Shown: one piece after another, positions 56,402-64,000 of the stretch
Layout of the letters: every line of letters starts with the position of its first letter
Numbering within the stretch: position 1 is the stretch's first letter
From: an uncultured Planctomycetales bacterium
Lineage (GTDB): Bacteria; Planctomycetota; Phycisphaerae; UBA1845; PWPN01
DNA length: 64,000 nt
Reading direction: 5' to 3'
NCBI GenBank assembly: GCA_964586235.1
Contig: CAZPIO010000002.1
Coordinates: 7,279 to 71,278, forward strand
Notes under the pieces: generated by a model
Databases searched by the model: none
Told to the model about the DNA's origin: nothing
Seen by the model: only the letters and a program-made list of their open reading frames with translations
Position numbers and translations under genes: made by a program

Positions 56402-57210
56402 TGTCCCGTTTCTCCCGCGGCGGCCACGGATGCGGCCGCCTGATTCTCCATTCGCTGCGACATCAGCTCGCGGGCCGCGGTGAAGCAACAGTACCTCACG
56501 TACGACTCCTGGCTGACCAGGTACCGCTTCCACCCGAGGGGCCCGGCGTCCGCCGATCGTGAATGGGCGTATCGCTGCACGTCCCGTTGCACGGCATCGT
56601 GGTCGGCGTTGAAAGTCCGCTGGACCTGGGCCTGGGGGCGGATGCCGCCGAAAGCCTGCGGCACCGGAAACGGCCGGGCTGCCCGGGAAGCGGCGACGGG
56701 GTCCCACGCGGTGGCGTCGGCCTTCCAGGGCCCGTAGAGCTGGGCAGCGACCCCGACAATCGGCGTGTACGCGTCGTACTCGGTGATGGCGAAGACCAGG
56801 ATGGCATCGGCTCCCAGCCGGTCGCACACGTACAGCGCGTGCTCGGGCGATTGGATTCGGACATTACCCTGCTCCGCCAGGACGGCCAACACTCGGCTCA
56901 CGCCGATGACTTTCACGCCTTCCAGACCCGACAGCTCGCTGGCCATCAGGTCGCCGATTCTGACCAGATCGAACTCCGTGCTGCCGCTCTGGTTCAGCGC
57001 CGGAGCCACCGCCACGCGCACCTCCTCGGGGAGGCGAAGCGCCGGTTCGGCGGCGTCCTCACTCGGGTGCCGATTCGCGGAGCATCCCACCAGAGCAGAC
57101 AAGATCCCGCATAAGAGGTAGCGCCATCCTGCGGCCCACGTCTTGTCCCGGGCTCGGCCCGTACTGGGACGAAACCCGCAACCGGCGATCTGGTTTTCCG
57201 CGACGATCAT
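56398..57210 (-). CDS. putative envelope lipoprotein
   Basis: Lipobox SALVGCS. The alternating pattern ending in DAILVFAITEYDAY resembles small periplasmic lipoprotein families. No firm family assignment. Confidence 0.6.
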   Translation of the reverse strand: MIVAENQIAGCGFRPSTGRARDKTWAAGWRYLLCGILSALVGCSANRHPSEDAAEPALRLPEEVRVAVAPALNQSGSTEFDLVRIGDLMASELSGLEGVKVIGVSRVLAVLAEQGNVRIQSPEHALYVCDRLGADAILVFAITEYDAYTPIVGVAAQLYGPWKADATAWDPVAASRAARPFPVPQAFGGIRPQAQVQRTFNADHDAVQRDVQRYAHSRSADAGPLGWKRYLVSQESYVRYCCFTAARELMSQRMENQAAASVAAAGETGQ

Positions 57211-57390
57211 CCCTGACCTGGCACCCTTATCCTTGAGTCTCCCGGCGACGCGGTCTGGTCGGTGTTTTTCTGATTCCGTCGACCGCGAGACTGTCCGGAC
57301 GGCTCACATTCGCGGACCCCGGACACATCTACTTCGACTACTTTCGGGACCGGCTTGAACGCCGCGTCCTCCAGATTCTTATCGCTGCAT

Positions 57391-58596
57391 TCACCCCCCC
57401 GGTCCTTCGGACAGCGTCTGCCGCGAACTGTGCGCGGCTCCTGAAACGGCAGCCTTATTCTCCGAGGCGACCGGGTGTTGCGTCACCGGCGCGGCCGCGG
57501 CCTCGACCGACCAGATATTCTCCGAACCACTCTGGAGGCTGGTGAAGTACACCCGGCCGTCGGCCGCCCAGCAGGGTCCGAAATGGGCGCCGTCGCCTCC
57601 GGTCAACTGTCTGGTTTCCGTCCCGTCGACGCGGACGATCCAGATGTCGCCGCGTGAAGTCGGGGCGACGGCCGCGGCGGGGCCGGTGGCGACGGGCTGC
57701 GGCAGTGCAGTTCCATATGCCACCCATTCCCCATCAGGACTCCAGGCCGGCTGAATCAGGGCCATCTGCGAGCTGGCGGCCAGTTCGACCGGGAACCTGG
57801 GTTCACCATTTTCCAGATCTATTCGCCAGACGCTGAACCATCGCCCGCCGCGCTCCCGGGCCCGCTGATACAGCAGGCTGTCGCCGTTGGGGCTCCACTG
57901 CGGAAAGAGGCCCACGCCGATCATCCGCCGGGAGTCGGGGTGGTGGAGCTGGAGGACCCACAGTTCCCACTGTTCCGCGCGGGCGTTGAACATGCAGTAA
58001 ACGATCTGTTGTCCGTCCGGCGAGAACGACGGGTGGACCTCGTGCCAGGGCGATCGGGTCAACTGCGTCGTCCGGCGGTTCTCCAGATCCATGAGCCAGA
58101 GGTCCCAGTTTCCGGAGCGGTTGCTGGTAAAAGCGACGGCCTTTCCGTCGGGGCTGAACGAGGGTTGCACGTCGGCCGAGGGCTCGGAGGTGACCTGGGT
58201 CACCGCGACGCCGTCGACGGCCTTGATGTAGAGATCGGGCTGGGACGAGTGCCGGGTGGAAGCGAAGACCATCCGCTTGCCGTCCGGCGACAGGTCGACG
58301 TCGAAATCAGCGCCCTCGGAAGTGAAGGAGTGCTGCTTCATCGGGGCGCTGGCCCGGGCGTGGAAGGGCACGCGGGCCCGGTCGGGCATTTCCCCAAAGA
58401 GCGTGAGCTGGGCGTCCTGGGCCGCGGGCATCGCCGGCTCGGGAGGCGGCGGGGGAGGAGCCTGCTCTGCCTGCTGCTCTGGTTTCTCCCAGCATTTCCC
58501 CCAAGCGGCGCAGCCGGCCAGTGCCAGGCCGGGCAGCGTCAACAGGGCCGCTCCACAGCATCGGAGCACCTTGGATGTCCTGCTGTTGGCTTGCAT
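57391..58596 (-). CDS. TolB-like periplasmic beta-propeller lipoprotein (PD40/WD40-like repeats)
   Basis: Lipobox LALAGC. Repeated S(F/W)SPDG motifs are present (LSPDGKRMVFAS, SFSPDGKAVAFTSNRSGNWDLW, SFSPDGQQIVY, WSPDGEWVAY). Confidence 0.8.
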   Translation of the reverse strand: MQANSRTSKVLRCCGAALLTLPGLALAGCAAWGKCWEKPEQQAEQAPPPPPPEPAMPAAQDAQLTLFGEMPDRARVPFHARASAPMKQHSFTSEGADFDVDLSPDGKRMVFASTRHSSQPDLYIKAVDGVAVTQVTSEPSADVQPSFSPDGKAVAFTSNRSGNWDLWLMDLENRRTTQLTRSPWHEVHPSFSPDGQQIVYCMFNARAEQWELWVLQLHHPDSRRMIGVGLFPQWSPNGDSLLYQRARERGGRWFSVWRIDLENGEPRFPVELAASSQMALIQPAWSPDGEWVAYGTALPQPVATGPAAAVAPTSRGDIWIVRVDGTETRQLTGGDGAHFGPCWAADGRVYFTSLQSGSENIWSVEAAAAPVTQHPVASENKAAVSGAAHSSRQTLSEGPGG

Positions 58597-59040
58597 AGTG
58601 GCGTCCCGATTGCCTCGCCTTCAGATGAAGACAGGGCGGATCGGTATTCTTATCGGTTCTCGGCCCCGGTCGATCGACTTAAACCCGCCGCATCCCGGCG
58701 TGCCGGTTCCGATAATATGTTGACTATGTATCGACCCGCGACGGGGGGGCTCTTCATATGTTTCCATCGCGGAATCAAGGGTTTTTCAAGCATTCTTCAG
58801 ATCGCGCAGAAATCGCTCGGCGTCGGGCAAAAGATGCGCGTTGACGGGTGATCATCGGTGGCACCATCCAGCGCCGGCCTGCTGTGAGCGGATCCGCGGC
58901 AGTTGGGGCACCTCCTTCAGAACCCCGGGCCGAAGCGAGCAGGCTCCGACCGTGCGACGGGCCGGTAGCCTGGCCCGTCCTTGAGCGACTTGCGGGCCTG
59001 CCCGCCGTGGCGGGCGTCGGTCAACGGCCCGTCGCTGGCG

Positions 59041-59243
59041 CTCCGGGTTCTGAATTGGGCCTGTCGGTTTCACCCGAAACCGCCTTGCCAACACCGTCAC
59101 CGCTGGCCCCAGAATCCCTTCTGGGGCCTGCCGGGGGAGGACTCCCATCCTCATTACCACCGAATACGGAACGGATTCCGCGAAGCGAAGCGGCCCGGAA
59201 CGGATTCCGGGCCGAGCGAAACCGCCTTGCCAACACTGTCAAC
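59041..59243 (-). repeat. mosaic hairpin-repeat array W (four-hairpin composite element in inverted orientation, bracketed by 26-nt direct repeats)
   Basis: 59105-59128 is the exact reverse complement of 53032-53055. 59131-59216 is the reverse complement of the other three hairpin modules. The direct repeat cgaaaccgccttgccaacac(c/t)gtca(c/a)c lies at 59075-59100 and 59217-59243. Confidence 0.8.
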
Positions 59244-59335
59244 GCGGTTTGTGAGTTTGTAGCCTCGCCGACCGAGCGGTTGGCGGCCGTTCGACGGCGC
59301 TTTGTGGAGGCTCGGGCGTTTCGTAAAATGCGGAT

Positions 59336-61249
59336 GTGGACACCCACACGCTGGAGAAGATCGAGTTCGACCGCGTCCGGCAGATCCTGGCGGAGCACGC
59401 GAGCTGCGCGCTCGGGCGGGGGATGATCCTGAGGGTCAAACCCGTTTCCAGGGAGGATCTTGTCCGCCAGTGGCTCCGGCAAGTCGAGGAAATGATCGAG
59501 GCCGGAGCCACGATCGGCCCGCCTCCGTTCGGGGGAGTCCGGGACGTTCGGGAAATCGTCCGGTCGGCGGTGCCCCCCCACCTTCCCGAGCCTGCCGAGT
59601 TTGCCACGGTTGCCGAGACCCTGGATGCCACCCAGCGGATGGTCCGATGGGCAAGCCGGCTGAGCCCGACGGCCGGCGAGTTGCGGGCCATCTGCGAGAA
59701 GATCGGCGATTTCAAGATCGTCGCCGACGCGATTCACCAGGTCGTGGACGGCGGAGGCGAGGTCCGCGACGATGCCAGCGCCAAGCTCCGGACTATCCGG
59801 ATCGAGATCGCCAACGCCCGGATCAACATCGGGCATGTTTTCGACCGCCTGCTGCGTGACCGCCACATGACCCGGTGGCTGCGGTACCCCAACGCGACGT
59901 TTCACGAGGACCGGCTGGTGCTGCCGCTGGCCGCCGAACACCGCGGGCGGGTTCCGGGGATCGTCCACCGCAGCTCGGACTCGGGGGCGACACTTTTTGT
60001 CGAGCCGGCCGAGGCGGTCGAGTTGAACAACCGGATCATCACCCTCAAGAACGACGAGCAGGCGGAAATCAGCCGGCTGCTGTGGAACCTGACGCACCAG
60101 TTGCACCTGAACAGCACCGAGATCCTCAAGACGCTCGACTCCCTGGCCGTGCTGGACATGATCGCCGCCAAGGCGAAGTTTGCCCGGAACTACGACCTGC
60201 ACATTCCGCAGATCTCGCAGGATGGCACCCTGCGGCTGAGGCAGGCCCGGCACCTGTTGCTGGTCGAGATGCAGAAGGAGTCGGCCAAACGCGGCGAAGA
60301 TCGCGAGGTGGTGCCGATCGACGTGCGTCTTGGCGAAGATTTCGATGTGCTGATCATCACCGGCCCTAACACGGGCGGCAAAACGGTGGTCCTCAAAACG
60401 GTCACGCTGGCCTGCGCGATGGCCCAGTCGGGCCTGCCCATTCCCGCGGCCGAGGGCAGCCGGGTGCCGATCTACCGCGATATTCTGGTGGACATCGGCG
60501 ACGAGCAGAGCCTGCAGCAGTCGCTGAGCACGTTCAGCTCGCACATATCGCGGGTGATGACAATGGTCAAGCACGCACAGCCGGGAACGCTGATGCTCAT
60601 CGACGAGCTGGGCGCCGGCACCGATCCGGAGGAAGGTGCGGCACTCGGCCGGGCGATCGTGGCCGAGTTGCTCAACCGCAAGTGCCCGGCGCTGGTCACC
60701 ACCCACCTCGGCGTGCTCAAGAGCCTGGCCTATACCGAGGCCCGGGCCGAAAACGCCTGCGTGGATTTCGACTCCGACACGCTCCGGCCGACGTATCGCC
60801 TGCTGATCGGCGAGCCGGGCAACAGCAACGCAATCAACATCGCCTCACGGCTGGGCCTGCCGCCGCAGATTGTCAAGGCCGCGCGCCATTACCTCGCCGA
60901 CTCGCATCAACAGTTGAGCCGCGCGATCGCCGGCACGCTCCAGTCGCGCCGCCAGGCCGAACTGGCCCGGCAGCAGTCCGACGCCGCCCGCGTCGAGGCG
61001 GAAAAACAGAAGGCCGCCGCCGAGGCGGCCCGCCGCGAGCTGGAGCAGCAACAGGCCCGCTTCGACCAATGGGTGGCCATGGTCTCGGCCCTGCAGCCGG
61101 GCCATCGCGTCCATGTCCGCCGCTTCGACCGCGAGGGCACCATCGTCCGCATGCTCCTCCACAAGCAGATGGCCGTCGTCTCGGTCGGGGCGATGGAGAT
61201 GGAAGTGCCGATCAAGGAGCTTTCACCGCTGACGGATAATCATGCCTGA
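59336..61249 (+). CDS. mutS2: MutS2-family endonuclease/ATPase lacking a recognisable C-terminal Smr domain
   Basis: GTG start. Walker A ITGPNTGGKT, STFSSH, Walker B LIDELGAGTDPEEG, a coiled coil and a KOW-like end (GHRVHVRRFDREGTIV). It stops after 637 aa. Confidence 0.85.
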   Translation: MDTHTLEKIEFDRVRQILAEHASCALGRGMILRVKPVSREDLVRQWLRQVEEMIEAGATIGPPPFGGVRDVREIVRSAVPPHLPEPAEFATVAETLDATQRMVRWASRLSPTAGELRAICEKIGDFKIVADAIHQVVDGGGEVRDDASAKLRTIRIEIANARINIGHVFDRLLRDRHMTRWLRYPNATFHEDRLVLPLAAEHRGRVPGIVHRSSDSGATLFVEPAEAVELNNRIITLKNDEQAEISRLLWNLTHQLHLNSTEILKTLDSLAVLDMIAAKAKFARNYDLHIPQISQDGTLRLRQARHLLLVEMQKESAKRGEDREVVPIDVRLGEDFDVLIITGPNTGGKTVVLKTVTLACAMAQSGLPIPAAEGSRVPIYRDILVDIGDEQSLQQSLSTFSSHISRVMTMVKHAQPGTLMLIDELGAGTDPEEGAALGRAIVAELLNRKCPALVTTHLGVLKSLAYTEARAENACVDFDSDTLRPTYRLLIGEPGNSNAINIASRLGLPPQIVKAARHYLADSHQQLSRAIAGTLQSRRQAELARQQSDAARVEAEKQKAAAEAARRELEQQQARFDQWVAMVSALQPGHRVHVRRFDREGTIVRMLLHKQMAVVSVGAMEMEVPIKELSPLTDNHA

Positions 61250-61289
61250 GCGGTGGAGACGGCCCGGCTTCCGGATTTCAACTGTCTGA

Positions 61290-61815
61290 GTTTATTAGAA
61301 GCTATTAGCGATTAGCTGTTAGCTTTTGGCTCCCGCTCGGCCCGGAACCACTTCCGGGCCGCATGTCTTCGCGGAATCCTTTCCGCATTCGGGTTGGCTG
61401 GCCCTCCTGCTTCTTGCAGGTGGGTTCGCGATTCGTGTGTTCGTTGGTTTTCACCACGGAGGCACGGAGGACACGGAGAAGGCGAGAGGTTCAGGAAAGG
61501 GAGAACCGGCCTGCGGATCATGTGGGCGCTCACAGCGCGGAGCGCCCAAGCAGAGTTGCCCGCTCGACCCGGAATCACTTCCGGGCCGTTTCTCTTCGCG
61601 GAATCGTTTCCGCATTCGGCCTCAATGACGATGGAATCGTCGAACCGCAAGGCCCCAGAAGTGATTCTGGGGCCAGCTATCCATCGACCATACCGGCGGG
61701 ACAAGCCCGCCGGCTCGTCAAGATCGCGGCTACAAGCCGCTCCTACACTTCTGATCGCGGTTGGAGACCGTTCCTACTACGAACGGCTCGCGGTTGGAAA
61801 CCGCTCCTACAACTG
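61290..61815 (+). repeat. mosaic hairpin-repeat arrays V and Y filling the mutS2 downstream spacer
   Basis: attag(c) words lie at 61290-61330. A partial element lies at 61334-61392. cacggag heptad words lie at 61455-61480. The gggcgctc/gagcgccc hairpin lies at 61522-61545. The full four-hairpin element lies at 61561-61677. The D hairpin lies at 61693-61713. Three hairpin units lie at 61722-61746, 61753-61777 and 61787-61810. Confidence 0.85.
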
Positions 61816-61817
61816 GA

Positions 61818-63710
61818 CTACTGACGCAGCGGGTCGAGGACCAGCTTGACCTCCCAGTCTTCGTAGCCGGGTTTCATGGCTTTTTCGAGGGCGGCGACGA
61901 TGTCGGGGTTCAGCTTGTTGTCGCGGCGCCAGCGCTTGTCGGCGGCGGCCTTGAGGGGGAAGAAGTCGTAGCCGTTGGTGCCGTAGTTGCGGAAACCGGT
62001 GTGCCTGCGCCACTCCAGCGACAGCAGGCAGTAGCGCGTCAGGACGTCGAGCAATCGCTTGTCGTCCTGGTCGCCGGCATTGACGCCCCGGCAGAACTCC
62101 ATGGCCGTCGCGTGGATCCGCAGTTCCTTCGCCAGGTCGCGGGCCACCTGGCCGTAGTCGGGGAACAGCTTGACGCCGATCGCGCCCGGCCGTCCCAAGC
62201 CTTGTGATTTCGCCAGCCCATCGAGTTCGTCGGCGCACTTGACCGCGTCCAGAGCCTCCGGACTGCCCAGGCTGAGCCAAGCCTTGGCCAGCAGATCGGC
62301 CCGCTCGGGGTAGATCAGCCGGGCCAACTCGCCAATCGCCTTCTCGCGGGGCTCGGCCCGCAGATTCATGTTCCAGACCGTCCGCGTGAACCAGAAGATG
62401 TTGGGCCACTGGCACACCGGCGTCTGGGCGTTGCCCATCGCTCCCTGGATCTTGCCGATGCGCTCGGGCACGTTCAGGGCATCCACCAGGTGCTGCGGCA
62501 CAACCAGCGTGAACGGCAGGCTCGGCTCATGCTCGATCGCACCATAGGGGTAGTACACGCAGCGATCCTGCAGGCCCAGATCGTCGACCACCTGCCAATG
62601 CCCTTTGTCGGCCACGGTCATCCACCACGGCTCGGGCGAGCGCTTCTTCAGATCCACCAGCGTATCCCGCCAGTTGGTCTCGCGCTTGCCCGTGCCCCAG
62701 CCGAACCACATCCAGTAGACCAGCCGGGCCTTGGGGCCGAGCAGGGTGTGCTCGTTGATGAGCTGGCGGTTCATCATCAGGATGTCGACGAACTCCGATG
62801 ACGGGCTGCCCGGCCACTTGCCCGGATCGCTGTCGATGACCCAGTAGCCGTCGGCGTTATTGCAGACCTTGTAGAACTCGGCCCGCGCCGCCCGCAACTG
62901 GGCCATCTGCGCGGGGTCGGCCGGATTCTTGAGGCTCTCGACCTTGAAATAATCCCGCTCGGCCACCGGCGGCACGTCGCGGCGGTCGCACATGTTGTTC
63001 GCGCATTCGCCAATCCAGACGGTCATGCCGTGCTTGCGATGAGCGTGATCGATCACCGGCGGATACCGCTTCAGAAAAGCCTCGTCCTCCGGCGAAAGCG
63101 GCACCGGCAGGATGCCGGCCATCGACCAGATCTGAAACAGGTTGACCCGCATCAGGGCGAGGATGTCGACGTACCGCTTCCACTCGTCGACCGTCCATGT
63201 CCGCAGGGCGTACGGATGGTTGTAGCCCCAGTGCTGGTGGGCGTACATTCCCCGGAGCGGAAAGAAGGGCTTCTCGGTGATATTCAGCGCCGCGGGCAGC
63301 ATGGGCGGCAGATGGCTGACGTCCAGCTCGCGCATCAACGCGTAGACGGCCTGTCGCGTTCCGGCCTCAGTCGCCCCGGCGGCGATGATGGCCTTGCCTG
63401 CCTGGCGGTCAATCACCCGAAGCACAAACCCCTCGTCCCCGAGATCCGGCCAGTGAATCTGCTGGCCCGCGGCCGGAACGAATCGCTCCACCGCCGCTCG
63501 TCCCAGGTAGACCGGCAGACCCTTGACCGACTCACGGGCGTCGGTCAAGGGCAGGCCGACCGCATCGGCGGGCTGCGTCTCGACGGCAACCTTCGTGCCA
63601 GCCGATTGTTCACAGAACGCCGCAAGCTGATCCATGGCGTATCTGAGGGGCTCACGCGGCTCGCTGCCCAGGATCAGCGTTAGAGAGGTGATGATCAGTC
63701 CTTCGTTCAT
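61818..63710 (-). CDS. hypothetical glycoside-hydrolase-like protein (N-terminal GH20b/GH67N-like domain plus TIM-barrel-like region), no signal peptide
   Basis: ATG at 63710 after GAGGAG. The N-terminal GFVLRVIDRQAGKAIIAAGATEAGTRQAVYALMREL pattern is typical of the small alpha/beta domain preceding several GH catalytic barrels. The family is not identified. Confidence 0.6.
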   Translation of the reverse strand: MNEGLIITSLTLILGSEPREPLRYAMDQLAAFCEQSAGTKVAVETQPADAVGLPLTDARESVKGLPVYLGRAAVERFVPAAGQQIHWPDLGDEGFVLRVIDRQAGKAIIAAGATEAGTRQAVYALMRELDVSHLPPMLPAALNITEKPFFPLRGMYAHQHWGYNHPYALRTWTVDEWKRYVDILALMRVNLFQIWSMAGILPVPLSPEDEAFLKRYPPVIDHAHRKHGMTVWIGECANNMCDRRDVPPVAERDYFKVESLKNPADPAQMAQLRAARAEFYKVCNNADGYWVIDSDPGKWPGSPSSEFVDILMMNRQLINEHTLLGPKARLVYWMWFGWGTGKRETNWRDTLVDLKKRSPEPWWMTVADKGHWQVVDDLGLQDRCVYYPYGAIEHEPSLPFTLVVPQHLVDALNVPERIGKIQGAMGNAQTPVCQWPNIFWFTRTVWNMNLRAEPREKAIGELARLIYPERADLLAKAWLSLGSPEALDAVKCADELDGLAKSQGLGRPGAIGVKLFPDYGQVARDLAKELRIHATAMEFCRGVNAGDQDDKRLLDVLTRYCLLSLEWRRHTGFRNYGTNGYDFFPLKAAADKRWRRDNKLNPDIVAALEKAMKPGYEDWEVKLVLDPLRQ

Positions 63711-64000
63711 GGTTCGTGCTCCTCAGATTCTGCCCTCGCCAGTGAGATCGCGGAAAACGCCTTGAGGCCGACGAGGGCGTCGGCCCCACTTTCGCCCCGG
63801 CGGATCGGCCCACGCTGCTCAGCTTACCGCTCATCGCGGCCGTCCGCACGCCGGGATTGTGCGTCCGAATACCGCGACGGGGTGCGATTTCAGGCCGGCA
63901 AGCTCACGTTCCATCGCCATTTGCGGATTCACCACGTCGATTGGCGGCTTCTGGCAGCGTTCTTGCTGGGGGACCCGCGGCCGGGAACGGCCGGAATCCG

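Noticed and set aside
56402-56827. Upstream 142 codons of ORF 56195..56827
   Set aside because: These codons are fully embedded in another frame of the lipoprotein gene, with a Pro/Arg/Gly-rich product. Only the last 68 codons after the ATGA junction look coding.
59021-60706. 561-aa minus-strand ORF
   Set aside because: It is antisense to mutS2, whose Walker A/B and other motifs are unambiguous. Its composition is typical of a shadow ORF, and its 5' part reads through the repeat array.
63711-64000. Possible partial gene at the right edge (a minus-strand frame open from the window end, reading ...IDVVNPQMAMERELAGLKSHPVAVFGRTIPACGRPR)
   Set aside because: It is too short and featureless to call. 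The last 30 nt (ggccgggaacggccggaatccg) look like another hairpin repeat module, so the region may be intergenic.
1-64000. tRNA, rRNA, transposase, phage, toxin-antitoxin and known defence-system genes
   Set aside because: I scanned for T-loop GGTTCGA(A/G)TCC-type motifs, rRNA-like conserved blocks, DDE/HUH transposase motifs, and nuclease/helicase/reverse-transcriptase motifs in the ORF translations. None was found.

Overview
This is a GC-rich bacterial chromosomal segment. I read about 40 protein-coding genes from the ORF track plus motif recognition, and I could run no homology searches. The gene content points to Planctomycetota, possibly a Phycisphaerae-like organism. Supporting features are a DUF1559-type prepilin-like protein, Cys-type sulfatase, HEAT-repeat and Gfo/Idh/MocA proteins, many secreted glycoside-hydrolase-like proteins and dockerin-like C-terminal tails. 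This taxonomic call is inference only. Recognisable blocks: (i) polyol/2-hydroxyacid dehydrogenases. (ii) A minus-strand run of carbohydrate-active genes: a GH-A-like enzyme, a frameshifted alpha-galactosidase-like gene, and a GH84 gene coupled to a sodium:solute symporter. (iii) An eight-gene chemosensory operon (cheR, cheB, MCP, cheW, cheA-REC). Its promoter-proximal end is a complete partner-switching module: REC-PP2C phosphatase, RsbW-like kinase and STAS protein. (iv) An exopolysaccharide/exosortase locus with ATP-grasp, HAD, Wza-like, exosortase and Wzc-like genes. (v) A catabolic group with an epimerase, amidohydrolase, URO-D family protein, threonine aldolase and sulfatase. (vi) An envelope and maintenance group with a TolB-like protein, a lipoprotein, XerC/D and MutS2. 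I found no rRNA, tRNA, CRISPR array, transposase or phage genes. The least ordinary features are the Che-to-partner-switch operon and the intergenic DNA. At least five spacers are filled with mosaics of short hairpin-forming repeat modules, including a ~115-nt four-hairpin composite element and ~25-nt hairpin units that abut stop codons. A second palindromic family brackets one gene as 75-nt direct repeats. All product names are motif-based calls and need profile or BLAST confirmation.
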